A program made the translations under genes and the position numbers. Below are positions 1 to 10,669 of a stretch of 64,000 bases of DNA, piece by piece. The stretch is from a virus. A model generated the notes under the pieces. The model had not been told where the DNA came from. It saw only the letters and a program-made list of their open reading frames with translations, and did no database searches. Where the stretch lies: IMG/VR virus record IMGVR_UViG_3300028610_001024, positions 1-64,000 of that record; one strand, written 5' to 3'. Position 1 is the stretch's first letter. Every line of letters starts with the position of its first letter.

Positions 1-1
1 A

Positions 2-289
2 AAGGATAAAAAGGTTAAAACTAAAGTAGAAGGGGCTACATTTACTAGTGGGTGGGATTGGAAGCTAAATGATATCAAAAAGGTTAAGTCTAAGTACTTA
101 CGTCCACAAGTTGAAAACAAGGGTGAAATTAGAAAGGTTGTTACGGAGTATGGCATAGCTGCTGAGAAAATCGTTGGTGGAATTATTGTTACTGAGAAAC
201 CCGGGGTGAGGAAGAGTCGTAAGAGTGATAGTAGGCTTAATGAGGTACTGGATAATGTACTAGATTTACCTGGAGCAGATAATGAGTGA
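2..289 (+). CDS. 3' part of a phage protein (C-terminus loosely Gam/Gp157-like), truncated by the window edge
   Basis: Open frame KDKKVKTKVEGATFTSGWDWKLNDIKKVKSKYL...GIAAEKIVGG ending TGA at 287-289, overlapping the next ATG. Confidence 0.5.
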   Translation, partial: KDKKVKTKVEGATFTSGWDWKLNDIKKVKSKYLRPQVENKGEIRKVVTEYGIAAEKIVGGIIVTEKPGVRKSRKSDSRLNEVLDNVLDLPGADNE

Positions 290-932
290 AATAAAGCTTA
301 TAGACCCTATTAAGGATACGTCTAGTCGTTTAGCGCGTATCGGACATCAGGTAACAGTTACAAAAAAGTTATCGTATGGTACACAATTAAAAACATCAAA
401 GAAACTCTCAGTTACTGTTTTTGATACGGGTAGGTTGCAATTTCAGGGAATAGGCGCACGAGAGGTTGAAACAAAATACTATGAAGAACTACATAGAGTT
501 GGCACAGAAAAAGTAAAGCTTTTACCCCCTGCAAAACCAAAAAAGTGTGTAACCTTTATTAAACGGTCTAAGAAGCCTCATCCTGAGTTTACTGTTCGAT
601 GTCCTATTGGTAAAACAGAGGATGGTAAGTGGAAGAACGTACTGAAAATAGAGGCGGCGTTTAATGAGTTAGATAAGGCGCTGGAGTGGGCTAGGATTGG
701 TAGAACAACTGTGGTGATAAAAGCTTATAATGAGACTGGAGTTATAAATTATATGGAATGCCAAGAGCAATTACGTGACACTCTTCTAATGCTGGAGGAT
801 AAAAACGATAAATCCCCTATGCTAATCTATAAACGCTCCCCATTAAATACCACCCGATATGGTGAATTCCAAATAGGTATCACTGCTAAAGGCGTTATCG
901 TAAACACCATAGAGGAATGCTTAAATGACTAA
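282..932 (+). CDS. Hypothetical protein with TBP-like (RNase HIII N-terminal type) domain
   Basis: YGTQLK..LSVTVFDTGRLQFQG resembles the TBP-like/DUF3378 motif. Confidence 0.45.
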   Translation: MSEIKLIDPIKDTSSRLARIGHQVTVTKKLSYGTQLKTSKKLSVTVFDTGRLQFQGIGAREVETKYYEELHRVGTEKVKLLPPAKPKKCVTFIKRSKKPHPEFTVRCPIGKTEDGKWKNVLKIEAAFNELDKALEWARIGRTTVVIKAYNETGVINYMECQEQLRDTLLMLEDKNDKSPMLIYKRSPLNTTRYGEFQIGITAKGVIVNTIEECLND

Positions 933-1233
933 CATGCCTACACTATGTGGCAGTGCGGGGACGTTACCCGAAAGTTACAGACAGTTTATTAACTCTGAGG
1001 GTGAACTGCAAATTGGCGACGCGTTTGGACTGGAGGCGCAATGGGTGATAGGATTACTACAGGAAGAGCAAGAGTGGGATGAGCCTACTGAATATATCAG
1101 AAAAGAATCCGTAGGAGTTGGCTGTACTTTATGTGGAGATGAGAGTGCTGATACTGAATATGGCCTATGTAATGAGTGTGCCGATACTCGAGAATATATA
1201 ACTGAACTAATACCTTTAAGGTGGTACTTATGA
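925..1233 (+). CDS. Hypothetical protein with CxxC..CxxC zinc finger
   Basis: CTLC...CNEC; coupled to neighbours. Confidence 0.6.
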   Translation: MTNMPTLCGSAGTLPESYRQFINSEGELQIGDAFGLEAQWVIGLLQEEQEWDEPTEYIRKESVGVGCTLCGDESADTEYGLCNECADTREYITELIPLRWYL

Positions 1234-1321
1234 ATCCCGATGTCAATAAAGTAATGTTCTATCTAGCTCAAGAAATGCGAGAACGTAACATGACTGTTGA
1301 AGAAATAGAGAGGAAGATGTC

Positions 1322-1588
1322 ATGAGTGATCATTATCCCATAGGTGATAACCATAAATTTGCTGCAAATATTTCAACTGAAAATAGAGTAAAAATATTAT
1401 CTCTTCCTGATTGGTTTGATTGTAAAGGTACTATGACAGGAGTACCTTTAGATGCTGTTATATTAGGATGGAGATATAATTTAATTTTAGGGCACTGGTT
1501 TGTGTTAATTCATCATAAATCATTTGAAACTGTTGATGAAGGTTCTCGAATTGGAACTATTTGTGTTACTGTGGAAGAAACAACATGA
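1322..1588 (+). CDS. Hypothetical protein
   Basis: GAGGA SD; stop overlaps next ATG. Confidence 0.6.
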   Translation: MSDHYPIGDNHKFAANISTENRVKILSLPDWFDCKGTMTGVPLDAVILGWRYNLILGHWFVLIHHKSFETVDEGSRIGTICVTVEETT

Positions 1589-2343
1589 CACTCACTGACA
1601 GCGCAGTAAAAAAGCTCTCCCCTATAGTTGTAGCTTTAGCTTTCATAGTAGAGCCTATGCTATTTGCAGGGATTTTTATCTGGATAGAGAGTGGTAAACC
1701 ACCTCAAGAATGGTTTTGGTCTATAATTCCAGGGTGGGCACTAGGAACCACCTCAATACTTTGTCAAGCATTGGTTCTATTCATTACTGTAAGTTACGAA
1801 GCAACTCCCAAAGTAAAATTCCTACTCTACTCAATGTGGCTATCGGTCTTCTTTTCACTTTGTACGGTTATCCCTTTATACTTCATAGGGAGCCAACTTG
1901 ATAAATCATTACCGGAAACCTTAAACTGGATACATGATGAAGGTTGGATTGGAACTACTACTGTACTAATAAATCTATGCGTTGCAATTGTTGTACAGGT
2001 GGGGCCGAGTGCCTTACTAATAGCTATTCGCTTAACTGAGGGAAAGAAAACTATAGTTGAAGGGGCCGATAGTGAAATGCCCACTCTACCCCCACCAATA
2101 CCCCTAAAGGGTGACAGTAAAACTGTTATAGCCGCTCTGGTACAGTACGGGGATAGAGGAATGGTATCTAATGAGGTGTCAGGTGAGACGGGGTTGAGCT
2201 CTAGTGTGTGCATTGATGTTGTAGAGGAATTGAGCGAAAAAGGATTAGTTACGAGGACTGAACAGGGGAGATTTACTGTAACGAAGGATGAAGAGTTGAG
2301 GTTGAAGTATGGGATACCTATCAGGAAAAGTGACTGGACATAA
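1585..2343 (+). CDS. Multi-pass membrane protein with C-terminal winged-HTH-like domain
   Basis: About 4 hydrophobic segments, then VSNEVSGETGLSSSVCIDVVEELSEKGLV (wHTH pattern); ATG 1585 overlaps the upstream stop. Confidence 0.6.
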   Translation: MTLTDSAVKKLSPIVVALAFIVEPMLFAGIFIWIESGKPPQEWFWSIIPGWALGTTSILCQALVLFITVSYEATPKVKFLLYSMWLSVFFSLCTVIPLYFIGSQLDKSLPETLNWIHDEGWIGTTTVLINLCVAIVVQVGPSALLIAIRLTEGKKTIVEGADSEMPTLPPPIPLKGDSKTVIAALVQYGDRGMVSNEVSGETGLSSSVCIDVVEELSEKGLVTRTEQGRFTVTKDEELRLKYGIPIRKSDWT

Positions 2344-2607
2344 AGAATTCACCAAAGGAGTTTGAGAAAATGATACATCATATGGAGTCGACGATTTAAT
2401 TACCAGAATAGAGAATAAGTTTACATTGGAGTTAGGTGTAGTTACTGCATTAAAAGGATATGTACAAGAGGAATCTCTTAACACTCCTTTTCTAAAGCTA
2501 AGGTATCCTCTATCTAAAGAAGTAGGCCTATTTGTAACCGGTGACATGGCATTTATTGTTTCTATTGCTAATGTCTGGCCGGATAAAGCTCTCACTGAGG
2601 CAATATC

Positions 2608-2961
2608 ATGAGTAATCCAACTTCAGCTAGCAAGGCAACGAATAGATTCAATGAATTAATGGCTAAAAACTCCATTGGAACTGGAACCTGTTCTAAATGT
2701 CAGTTTGATGACTGTTTATTATTCAAGACACCTAAAGGATTATTATGTCTAGAATGTACAGCTAAACTTGAGGAGGGGGCTAAATTTAAAGAAGATGGAA
2801 CTGCTTTTACTTGTTTAGTGGATGGTGACGTTGCCGAGTTCATTATAGAGAAATCAGGTACACAGCCTGGAACTCCATATGGATCTGAGGAGCATTGGGC
2901 AGAAGGGGTATTAAAATGTCCTACATGCGGAGCTGAACAGGACTATTCAGTTTCTACTTAG
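2608..2961 (+). CDS. Cys-rich zinc-ribbon protein
   Basis: CSKC, CLEC, CPTCG motifs. Confidence 0.6.
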   Translation: MSNPTSASKATNRFNELMAKNSIGTGTCSKCQFDDCLLFKTPKGLLCLECTAKLEEGAKFKEDGTAFTCLVDGDVAEFIIEKSGTQPGTPYGSEEHWAEGVLKCPTCGAEQDYSVST

Positions 2962-2972
2962 AAATAAATCCT

Positions 2973-4538
2973 ATGACCACCCCATCACAATTCGGCCTCC
3001 CTTCCAAATTCGAAACGTTTCGTGTATACCCCAGTGGTAGCACCCAATGGAATACTGTTGAGCAAATAGTACTATCCACATCACGCTTTATAAAGCTTCG
3101 CGCCGGTACAGGCACTGGTAAATCCTTAATATACACTTTAGCAGCTATATTAGAAGAACGTAGGGCTTTAATCTTAACCCCTACAAAAGGTTTACAGGAT
3201 CAACTATACGGTGATTTTAGTTCAATCGGCCTCACTGATCTAAAAGGAATGTCTAATTACCCCTGTAAAGCGCTGCAACCTTATGGGGAATTCTACACAG
3301 GTACCCTTGGCAATTGTAACATCGGCCCGTGTTTATTTGGTTCTGACTGTACAGTGAAAAACCAATGTGATTACTTCGGTATTGGTGGCGCCCTTGAAAA
3401 GGTAAAGAATGCTAAACTAGTCCAAATGAATTATCATAAATGGATGTCATCTGCTAACTGGAGTATGTTTAATCCTTTTGATATTTTGATATGTGACGAA
3501 GTTCACCAAGCAATGGGGATTTTACACGGGTTTTGCACTGTAATACTAAACGCTGACTGGTTGAAAAATGAATTACATATGGGTCTACCTCCTGAAGGGG
3601 ATAATGTAGATTGGTGTAAGACTTCTATCTCAAAAACTAAGATACTACTAGATACTAATAATGATTATCAAGAGAAACTTAAACTTAGTAAATTCATTGC
3701 TTCGATAAATAGATTACAGACTGAGGGCGTAAAGTGGATTAGAAAATCTACAAAAGAAGGAATTACCTTATCCCCAGTCTGGGTTAACAAATTCGCTGAA
3801 AGGTTACTCTATAGAGGTATTCCAAAGATAGTATTAGTCTCAGCTACAGTAGACGATAAGACTTTACGGTATATTGGGGTAAGAAAATGTGATGAGGTAA
3901 TCGTAGAACCTATTTTTCCATCTGAAAGGCACCCTGTTATACACTTTGCAAAAAGTGGACCGATGAGTCCTGTAAGTGTTAAAAGAAAAGAGGACATGGG
4001 GGAGGGAAATATAACTAAATGGGTTGATCAAATGGATAAGGTTATAGACACTCGACTCATGGTGAAGATTGCTATCCTTACTGTATCGTACGATTGGCAG
4101 AAAGAGATAATTCAACGTAGTAGGTATAGCCAGTTTATGATATATCATAATAGAGATACTACAAAAAACGCACTAAAGGAATTCCGAACAGTGTCTGCAC
4201 CGTCTATACTGGTATCGCCTGTAGTTGGCGAGGGAACGGATTTTATCTACGATCAGGCTAGGTGCTTGTTTATAGCTAAGATGCCGTTTTTCTGGATAGG
4301 GGATCCATTAGTAGCTGCAAGGTTAAAGGACGACCCGATGTATCATGACTTTGTGGTAGGGAGAACACTTATACAGAATTTTGGTCGTGATATGCGGGCG
4401 AGTGATGACTATGGTGAGGTGTTTATATTCGATGGGAATTGGCAATGGTTTAAAAAGAGGGTGAATTGGATTGAAGAAGTGAGTGAGCTGTTTAAGGAAT
4501 GTAGGGATATTGAGGATTATAAAGGGCCGGTGCCGTGA
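2973..4538 (+). CDS. SF2 helicase, DinG/XPD-like (probable Fe-S cluster)
   Basis: Walker A AGTGTGKS, LTPTKGLQDQL, DEVH, SAT, EGTDF, QNFGRDMRASDDYG motif VI; Cys cluster after KGMSNYPC. Confidence 0.9.
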   Translation: MTTPSQFGLPSKFETFRVYPSGSTQWNTVEQIVLSTSRFIKLRAGTGTGKSLIYTLAAILEERRALILTPTKGLQDQLYGDFSSIGLTDLKGMSNYPCKALQPYGEFYTGTLGNCNIGPCLFGSDCTVKNQCDYFGIGGALEKVKNAKLVQMNYHKWMSSANWSMFNPFDILICDEVHQAMGILHGFCTVILNADWLKNELHMGLPPEGDNVDWCKTSISKTKILLDTNNDYQEKLKLSKFIASINRLQTEGVKWIRKSTKEGITLSPVWVNKFAERLLYRGIPKIVLVSATVDDKTLRYIGVRKCDEVIVEPIFPSERHPVIHFAKSGPMSPVSVKRKEDMGEGNITKWVDQMDKVIDTRLMVKIAILTVSYDWQKEIIQRSRYSQFMIYHNRDTTKNALKEFRTVSAPSILVSPVVGEGTDFIYDQARCLFIAKMPFFWIGDPLVAARLKDDPMYHDFVVGRTLIQNFGRDMRASDDYGEVFIFDGNWQWFKKRVNWIEEVSELFKECRDIEDYKGPVP

Positions 4539-4807
4539 ACTGGTTTAGAAGTGGAATTATTTACGTATGTAAGGTTAATAGACGCGGAACTAGGTTAAGA
4601 GGTTGGGATACTAGACGTAGTAGTTTTAAGAGATCTTCATCGAAGTCTAAAGTAGCGCTATTTGGAGTTGTGATACAATCAGTTGATGAGTCAAATAGAC
4701 GTCTTGAACGTAAAAATCGTAGAAGATAGATGTCCTTATATAATAACCCCACAGTCACCGAAACGTTCGGCGATTAGTACCCCAATTACTTCTTGGAGAA
4801 AGTGAAC

Positions 4808-5722
4808 ATGTCTGAAGAACCTGTAGAAAACCTACTAGATGGGCTCGATTTTTCTTCCCTACGTCAAATGGGGAGTACTGAGGATGATATTGGCTTGGAT
4901 ACGATTGAGTCAATTACTGCAACAATGTCGTTTAAGACTGGACCTCTTTTTGACGATGAAAGTCCACTTAAAAGCCGCTGTACGGTATTTGTGACCTATA
5001 CCCCTGATGAGGACTCTGAAGAGGACGTCTATACTCATAGATATAAGGTGGGACTCCTATACCATCCTGAGAATAGAATCAAAGGGGGTAGGAATGAAGG
5101 GGAGATCCCTCATCAATATCTTCCTGGTACGGGGGAATCTAATGGCGATGGTTTTCCTGTTCCATGTAACTACTTCTCTGAGAGTGTGGATGATCACTTT
5201 GGTGTGTCTATCATCGCTGCGCGAGGATCGGTTGAATCTGATCCTAAATTCTCAGCAAAAAGTGGGTGGGCTGGTTTATTGAAAAGTCTGGCGAGTAGTG
5301 GGGTTAAGACAGAATTATTCCCAGAAGATCTCTCGGCTTTGGATGGTAGATTTAATGTAAAGGCTAGCCGGAAGCCAAAGGAGTTCAAAAACGATAAGGG
5401 GGAGATGCAGGAATACTCTGTTTTTACTGTTGATGAAGTCATCAGTGATACTCCCCCTGGCGCTAAAAAGTCCATCGGTACCAGTGACATTTCCGAAAGT
5501 GAACTTGACGCGTTTAAGGTCTACGTTCATACCGCAATCACCGACAGTGAGAAAAAGGACGACGTTGGTAGATCCCTGAAGACTACCCTTACTGTGGCTT
5601 TGATGCGGGCCTACCCTGGTGGTTCGTCATCTAAGTACGTTGCAGCTCTTGCTAATGAAGCCATAATGGCTAGTATCGGAGTTGAAATCGTTGCTAACCG
5701 CTACGGTATTAAGGAGGAGTAA
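4808..5722 (+). CDS. Acidic protein in the replication module (possible ssDNA-binding protein)
   Basis: TGGAG SD before ATG 4808; position between helicase and nuclease; function inferred from context only. Confidence 0.4.
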   Translation: MSEEPVENLLDGLDFSSLRQMGSTEDDIGLDTIESITATMSFKTGPLFDDESPLKSRCTVFVTYTPDEDSEEDVYTHRYKVGLLYHPENRIKGGRNEGEIPHQYLPGTGESNGDGFPVPCNYFSESVDDHFGVSIIAARGSVESDPKFSAKSGWAGLLKSLASSGVKTELFPEDLSALDGRFNVKASRKPKEFKNDKGEMQEYSVFTVDEVISDTPPGAKKSIGTSDISESELDAFKVYVHTAITDSEKKDDVGRSLKTTLTVALMRAYPGGSSSKYVAALANEAIMASIGVEIVANRYGIKEE

Positions 5723-5805
5723 CACGAAGTCATCCTTTAACCTTGATTTGATAGAACGCTAAGGGGGTGGCCTTCGCCCCCGTACTTAATACTTATACAC
5801 CCCTC

Positions 5806-6597
5806 ATGAAACTAACTCTACTATCAAAAGAATTCCCTGATTTACTACCCATGACAGATAGGTCTATTGGATTTCATATATCTGACGTGATACACCAACT
5901 TTCAATTGAAAATAATAGATATCAGCCAATGGATAAACCGAATAGAATGTTATGGGAGGTTGGTAATGCTTTTGAGTATGCAATGAAGGCCCGATTACAG
6001 GAGGATCAACCTTTACGATATGACACCCCAAAAGAAATAGAAAGAGATGGTATATATGGCACAATGGATCTATTTGATTATATTGACTGGGCAGTAGAGG
6101 AGATGAAGTATCCGCAGAAATCAGCTTGGGGTATTGATGGAGTGAGTGAGAACGGAAGTTATTGGATAAACGAAGATATACTGTGGGGATATTGGTGTCA
6201 GCTGATGTGTTACTGTTACATGGTGAATAGTAATATAGGTAGGTTGCACGTTGCGTTTGGTAAAGGTGATACGTCAGGTAGTGAATTTGAATTGGTATCT
6301 TATAGATACTGGGAAAAAATATGGACGGATAGTGAGTTACGAGCTAATTGGACCATGGTCATGATGAAGGCGTTAGTAATGGAACAGCAGGGGTTTCTAG
6401 ATGAAAAATATAAAGGTATTAAGGTGGAGAAAAAACCTAGAATAGGCAGTTTAGAAAGTGGAGAGGAAAAACAGAATCAAAGGTTACTGTTTATGATCGA
6501 GAAAGTAAATAAGGATTACAAAGGTGAAGTACCGGAAGAATTAGTTAAAACTGTAATGGAAGGATTAACAATGAATGAAAAGGAAAACCATGCTTGA
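5806..6597 (+). CDS. PD-(D/E)XK exonuclease (Cas4/RecB-like)
   Basis: HISD, GNAFE, GIYGTMDLFD..VEEMK, QLMCYC. Confidence 0.8.
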   Translation: MKLTLLSKEFPDLLPMTDRSIGFHISDVIHQLSIENNRYQPMDKPNRMLWEVGNAFEYAMKARLQEDQPLRYDTPKEIERDGIYGTMDLFDYIDWAVEEMKYPQKSAWGIDGVSENGSYWINEDILWGYWCQLMCYCYMVNSNIGRLHVAFGKGDTSGSEFELVSYRYWEKIWTDSELRANWTMVMMKALVMEQQGFLDEKYKGIKVEKKPRIGSLESGEEKQNQRLLFMIEKVNKDYKGEVPEELVKTVMEGLTMNEKENHA

Positions 6598-7054
6598 GTT
6601 TGAACTACCGACTGAAGAAGAGATTTATCACGAGATAAAAACATGTGATGATTTTTTTGGAGTAAGTTTAAATGATTTACTTCCGTTTTTATCCTTTACC
6701 TTAGCTAGAGAATTTCTGAAACCTGAAGTAATAGCTGTTGAATGGGATGAAGATAGACCCCCTTTAGATAGAAAAGCAATAATTGATAAAATACTTGACT
6801 ACTTACCCTTCGCATTTAAAAAAGCAGAGAGTGAAAGAGGGCTATCTACTATGAGAAGTGTTTCACACCTAAAGGCTTGGTTGTTTCTATTAGGTGATAC
6901 TGAAGCTGTAGAATTTGCCAGTTCAAATAGAAACTATGAACCTTACGGGTTGCCTATACTTGAATACGTAAATCATCGTTATTGTAAACCTTTAACTCAG
7001 GAGACCTATCATGACAAACACCACAACAGCACCCACCATTACAGCAAAACCTAG
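6590..7054 (+). CDS. Conserved phage hypothetical protein
   Basis: DFFG..DL..DYLPFAFKKA..RGLSTMRS..H..WLFLLGD pattern; AGGA SD. Confidence 0.65.
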   Translation: MLEFELPTEEEIYHEIKTCDDFFGVSLNDLLPFLSFTLAREFLKPEVIAVEWDEDRPPLDRKAIIDKILDYLPFAFKKAESERGLSTMRSVSHLKAWLFLLGDTEAVEFASSNRNYEPYGLPILEYVNHRYCKPLTQETYHDKHHNSTHHYSKT

Positions 7055-7970
7055 CAGTAGTCTTAAGTGGACACCTGTCAAAGCAGAACTAACTCGTAGG
7101 TGCGTATCTACTTTAATTTGGGGACCGGAGGGTTCCTGGAAAACATCAATAGCTTTAACCTGGCCAGGACCTATTTTCTATATGTCAGGATCAGAAAATG
7201 ATTCTGGAAAAGTAGAACGCTATGCAGGTGAAAAAGAAATAATTAAGTGGAATTTTCGATTAGCTGTAGATTCTATAGAGGATCTACAAAATAATAAAAA
7301 AATGGGTGAGGAGATGGAGATAGAGTTTCATACTAGATTCAGAGATGCTCTATGCGGAGAGGATGGGAAACAAGGGTGGGCAAGAACTATTATAGTTGAC
7401 TCATTAAATACATTTAAACAGTTACAACGTCAGAGAGATTTTGGTAGCTTATTGGCGCTAAATAAAAAGAGGCAGTACGGGTATGGGGAATTGAATAATA
7501 GGTTTGAACAGCTCCATATATTGTATAAACAGATGGCTGATATATCTAATAGTACTTATCTAGTATATATTGGCCGTGCATCGGATGAGTATAAGCCTAA
7601 GAAACTTGCTCCAGGAGAAAAATCAGATGGATTTGATGTGAAGACTGGTAAAATAATTTATGACGTGTATAGCGGATCAAAATTTGATACTGAAATCATT
7701 CTACGATCCAATTTTGATAAGGAAACCCATATACCATCTGTTACAGTTGAAAAACCTTACCTAAATGCCTACACTACAGGCACCGTCCTATCAGGTGATC
7801 AGTGTTGCTTTGAATCTATTATTAAAAATCAAATGGATATGACAGAAGGGACTAGAGAGAAATTGATGAATGAGGCTAGTAGACTTTTAGGTGAAGAAAA
7901 AGTAGAAGAAGCTGAGAAGTTAATTGAAAAGGCTCAAGCACTGGAATTTGATATTTCAAGGTGGTTGTGA
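7011..7970 (+). CDS. P-loop ATPase, Sak4/AAA_24-like recombination protein
   Basis: Walker A GPEGSWKT, Walker B TIIVDS; adjacent to exonuclease. Confidence 0.75.
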   Translation: MTNTTTAPTITAKPSSSLKWTPVKAELTRRCVSTLIWGPEGSWKTSIALTWPGPIFYMSGSENDSGKVERYAGEKEIIKWNFRLAVDSIEDLQNNKKMGEEMEIEFHTRFRDALCGEDGKQGWARTIIVDSLNTFKQLQRQRDFGSLLALNKKRQYGYGELNNRFEQLHILYKQMADISNSTYLVYIGRASDEYKPKKLAPGEKSDGFDVKTGKIIYDVYSGSKFDTEIILRSNFDKETHIPSVTVEKPYLNAYTTGTVLSGDQCCFESIIKNQMDMTEGTREKLMNEASRLLGEEKVEEAEKLIEKAQALEFDISRWL

Positions 7971-8330
7971 TGAACATATTCGAGATATTCGTCCTATCTA
8001 GGGACATTCTAATAGCTAGCGGGTGTGCTAATGAAGTGACACTTAAGGAACTAGAACGTCTAGATAGACTAGCTTGGGAGATAGTGGTTAAACCAATTCG
8101 GCAAATGATGGAGGAGCTATCATGAACCCTTTATTTTGGATACTTTGGAAAGTGTTTAGGTGTACGTTTGTGAGGTATCAGATAATAATAAATACCTGGA
8201 ATACGGGTATCCTATATGAAACCCCAGAAAGACAACAGAAAATACTTATAGGGATAGGAAGCTACTGGACTGAGGAGTGTCAGCCTATTGAAGTAATCGC
8301 CCAGGGTAGATTAAAACTAAAGGTTAGCAA

Positions 8331-9122
8331 ATGACCATCCACATAGACCCTCGTAAAGGTTCCGGCGCTCCTGGTGATATCATCTCCTATCAACCTTTAG
8401 CTAGTCTCGCTACCCTCACTCGGCTCAACTCTGCTGATATATACTTCAGTGGTAACGGTCCTGATGGTAAACTCAACTTTGGGATTGAACTAAAAACTAT
8501 CACCTCCGGTGACCTATTCTCCAGTATAGAGGATAAACGATTACAAACCACTCAAGTTCCAAATATGTTAAACGATTATAATCATTGCTGGTTATTAACA
8601 GTAGGGACATTCCGACCAAGTGAACACCTCACAATTGAAATACTAGAAAATAGTCAATGGGTCCCGTATGAAAAAGTAGACAGCGATGGGGATAGATACC
8701 CTAGCTCTATGAAGTATGGGTTTATTATATCTCGCATTGCTGATATACAGTATTCGGGAGTGCATTATTACAATGTCCCTGATCTAGCCACCGCTGCTGT
8801 GTGGGTTGTATATCAGTATCGACTATTCAATAAACCCTGGGTGAAACGCCGTGGAATGTATGGGTTTGATACCTCTAGACGATTGCCGTTAATACCTGAA
8901 TTTCGACATGAGAATAGTAAGTATAATAAAGCTTTTAAACAGCGGGCCGAAATGGCATTTGCTATAGAAGGAATTGGTGAAGTGAAAGCGATGGCTATGG
9001 CGGAGTATTTTGGTTCAGTTAGACATATCGGTAACGCTACTATAGAAGAACTTAAAGCTATAGGGTTCAGCAATAAGTTTTCTGTAATGTTACAGAGAAG
9101 GCTTAGAGGAGAAATGGAATGA
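8331..9122 (+). CDS. ERCC4/XPF-type structure-specific nuclease with C-terminal helix-hairpin-helix
   Basis: IHIDPRK, LNSADIYF, GIELKT..DL, IEGIGEVKA, ATIEELKAIGF. Confidence 0.8.
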   Translation: MTIHIDPRKGSGAPGDIISYQPLASLATLTRLNSADIYFSGNGPDGKLNFGIELKTITSGDLFSSIEDKRLQTTQVPNMLNDYNHCWLLTVGTFRPSEHLTIEILENSQWVPYEKVDSDGDRYPSSMKYGFIISRIADIQYSGVHYYNVPDLATAAVWVVYQYRLFNKPWVKRRGMYGFDTSRRLPLIPEFRHENSKYNKAFKQRAEMAFAIEGIGEVKAMAMAEYFGSVRHIGNATIEELKAIGFSNKFSVMLQRRLRGEME

Positions 9123-9370
9123 AGAAGATTTCTTATGAGGAACTAGATACTGTACTAGGTACAGGTAACTATCGCCACCTTAGTACTGTATTGAAGAAAC
9201 CCAATGGTAAACCTTGGGTTAGGATTCATTTATCTAAAGTACTACGAGGCGAGACTAGATTTAGTGTGGATTTAATAGATGAGTTAATAAGACACACCAG
9301 AGCAACCTATGAGGATATAAAAGGTTATATTCAATGGGTGAAGGGAGGTAAAGATGAAGGGTCTATATAG
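9119..9370 (+). CDS. Small HTH DNA-binding protein
   Basis: RIHLSKVLRGETRFSVDLIDEL (XRE-like). Confidence 0.55.
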   Translation: MKKISYEELDTVLGTGNYRHLSTVLKKPNGKPWVRIHLSKVLRGETRFSVDLIDELIRHTRATYEDIKGYIQWVKGGKDEGSI

Positions 9371-9579
9371 AAAGTTTAATGTTGAAAGAACAAGATGGAC
9401 AGAGTAAGTCTGGAGAAAAGCATGTTGTACTTACTTAGTAATAGATCTTGATCATGATAAGCATGCAACTATCATAACACTTCTATATGCTGCACTTATT
9501 GAGAAGTCCAATCCACTTTTTTGCTTCAAACCTTCGTAATCGTGTAGGACATATGGGGAAATCTAATGAGGATACTTAA
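9354..9579 (+). pseudogene. Frameshifted phage hypothetical gene (GLYRKFNVERTDG..EKH..YLVIDLDHDKHA type)
   Basis: Strong GGAGG SD; the peptide reads through only if frames are switched 2-3 times. Confidence 0.6.
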
Positions 9580-9749
9580 TGCATTTGATTCAATAACTGA
9601 TGAGTGTAGGTCTATCTATACTTGGAAGGATTACATTACAACTGTGACGGTAGGGTGGGGATTAGGGGGTATATTGTTTATATGGTGGATAGTTGGAATA
9701 GTAGCTAGCACTGAATTATCGTCATTAAGTAATAATTTAGGATAGTCTC

Positions 9750-10133
9750 ATGTTAACCTTATACCCAATCAAAACCCCTGTAACCTGTGACGAAGTAAAA
9801 ATGATTATCATGGTCATACGAATAGGTGACGGTAATGTAATAGATTATTACTGTGAATGGTGGGACGAGAAAGCTAGATGTCTAGATTGGTTTCCAGAGT
9901 GGAGACTTGAAAGTGAAAAGACTGAGAGTTTCCAAATAGGATTCCATAATAATGGATTACCACCAAAAGACCATCCTATGTTTTCACAGGGTGATGCAAG
10001 TTGTGGATTCTGTAACGGTCCAATGCCTTGCAATTGTAAAGATGATAGGAACGAATCTAGAATAAACCTTGATATAGAAAATGACTCTGAAAGTCGAGAC
10101 AGTGTCGATCTTGCCTTAGGTGGACCTACCTAA
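9750..10133 (+). CDS. Hypothetical protein
   Basis: ORF track; last gene before the first promoter cassette. Confidence 0.55.
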   Translation: MLTLYPIKTPVTCDEVKMIIMVIRIGDGNVIDYYCEWWDEKARCLDWFPEWRLESEKTESFQIGFHNNGLPPKDHPMFSQGDASCGFCNGPMPCNCKDDRNESRINLDIENDSESRDSVDLALGGPT

Positions 10134-10162
10134 CCTTAGTCTAGCTACTCTAGTCGCTCTAG

Positions 10163-10330
10163 ATTCAACAATCTGAATCCATTTGGTTGAATTTATCCAG
10201 AATTTTGAATCGAGATGAGGTTAGGTAAAGCTACAGGGACATAAGTATCATGGTTTATCTAACTTTATGCTACGAATTTGCTCAATCTAGGTGGTGGCAC
10301 CCTCGTAGACAACCTGGCATGAGCCTTGCT
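10163..10330 (+). promoter_or_regulatory. Sigma-54 promoter cassette 1 (three enhancer-like boxes plus -24/-12)
   Basis: TGGCATGAGCCTTGCT at 10315-10330 (GG-N10-GC); ATYCA-N6-TGAAT boxes at 10163, 10177, 10195. Confidence 0.85.
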
Positions 10331-10669
10331 ATATAGGTGAGTGTCCGGTAAGCAAATCGGGCGAAGTAAACAAAGGACACACACCATGACATGCTCACAC
10401 TCAACCTGTACTCTTCCAGCTTGGACCGATAGCGATAGCGGCCTTTGCATGACGCATATCGTTGAGGCAAGAATAGAACGGGAAGGTAGTACTCTGAGAT
10501 CTCAAAACAACAAACATACCTCAGAGATGAGCGCTCATAGACGGACTATCTCTAAGGTTGGCCGACGCGAATTGAACTAAACAAGTGTCCGGTTGGCAAG
10601 TTAGCTAGACGGGCGACACGATAAAGGAAACCTACAGACTCAACACTCTTTTGTTAAAGGATTAACATC

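Noticed and set aside
5806-6597. CRISPR cas4 / cas locus
   Set aside because: Stand-alone PD-(D/E)XK nuclease in a recombination module; no cas1/cas2 or array
10594-10610. Additional sigma-54 promoters at TGGCAAG (10594, 16477) and TGGCAC hits at 502, 21343, 21444, 29775
   Set aside because: No GC at the -12 position (GG-N10-GC fails)
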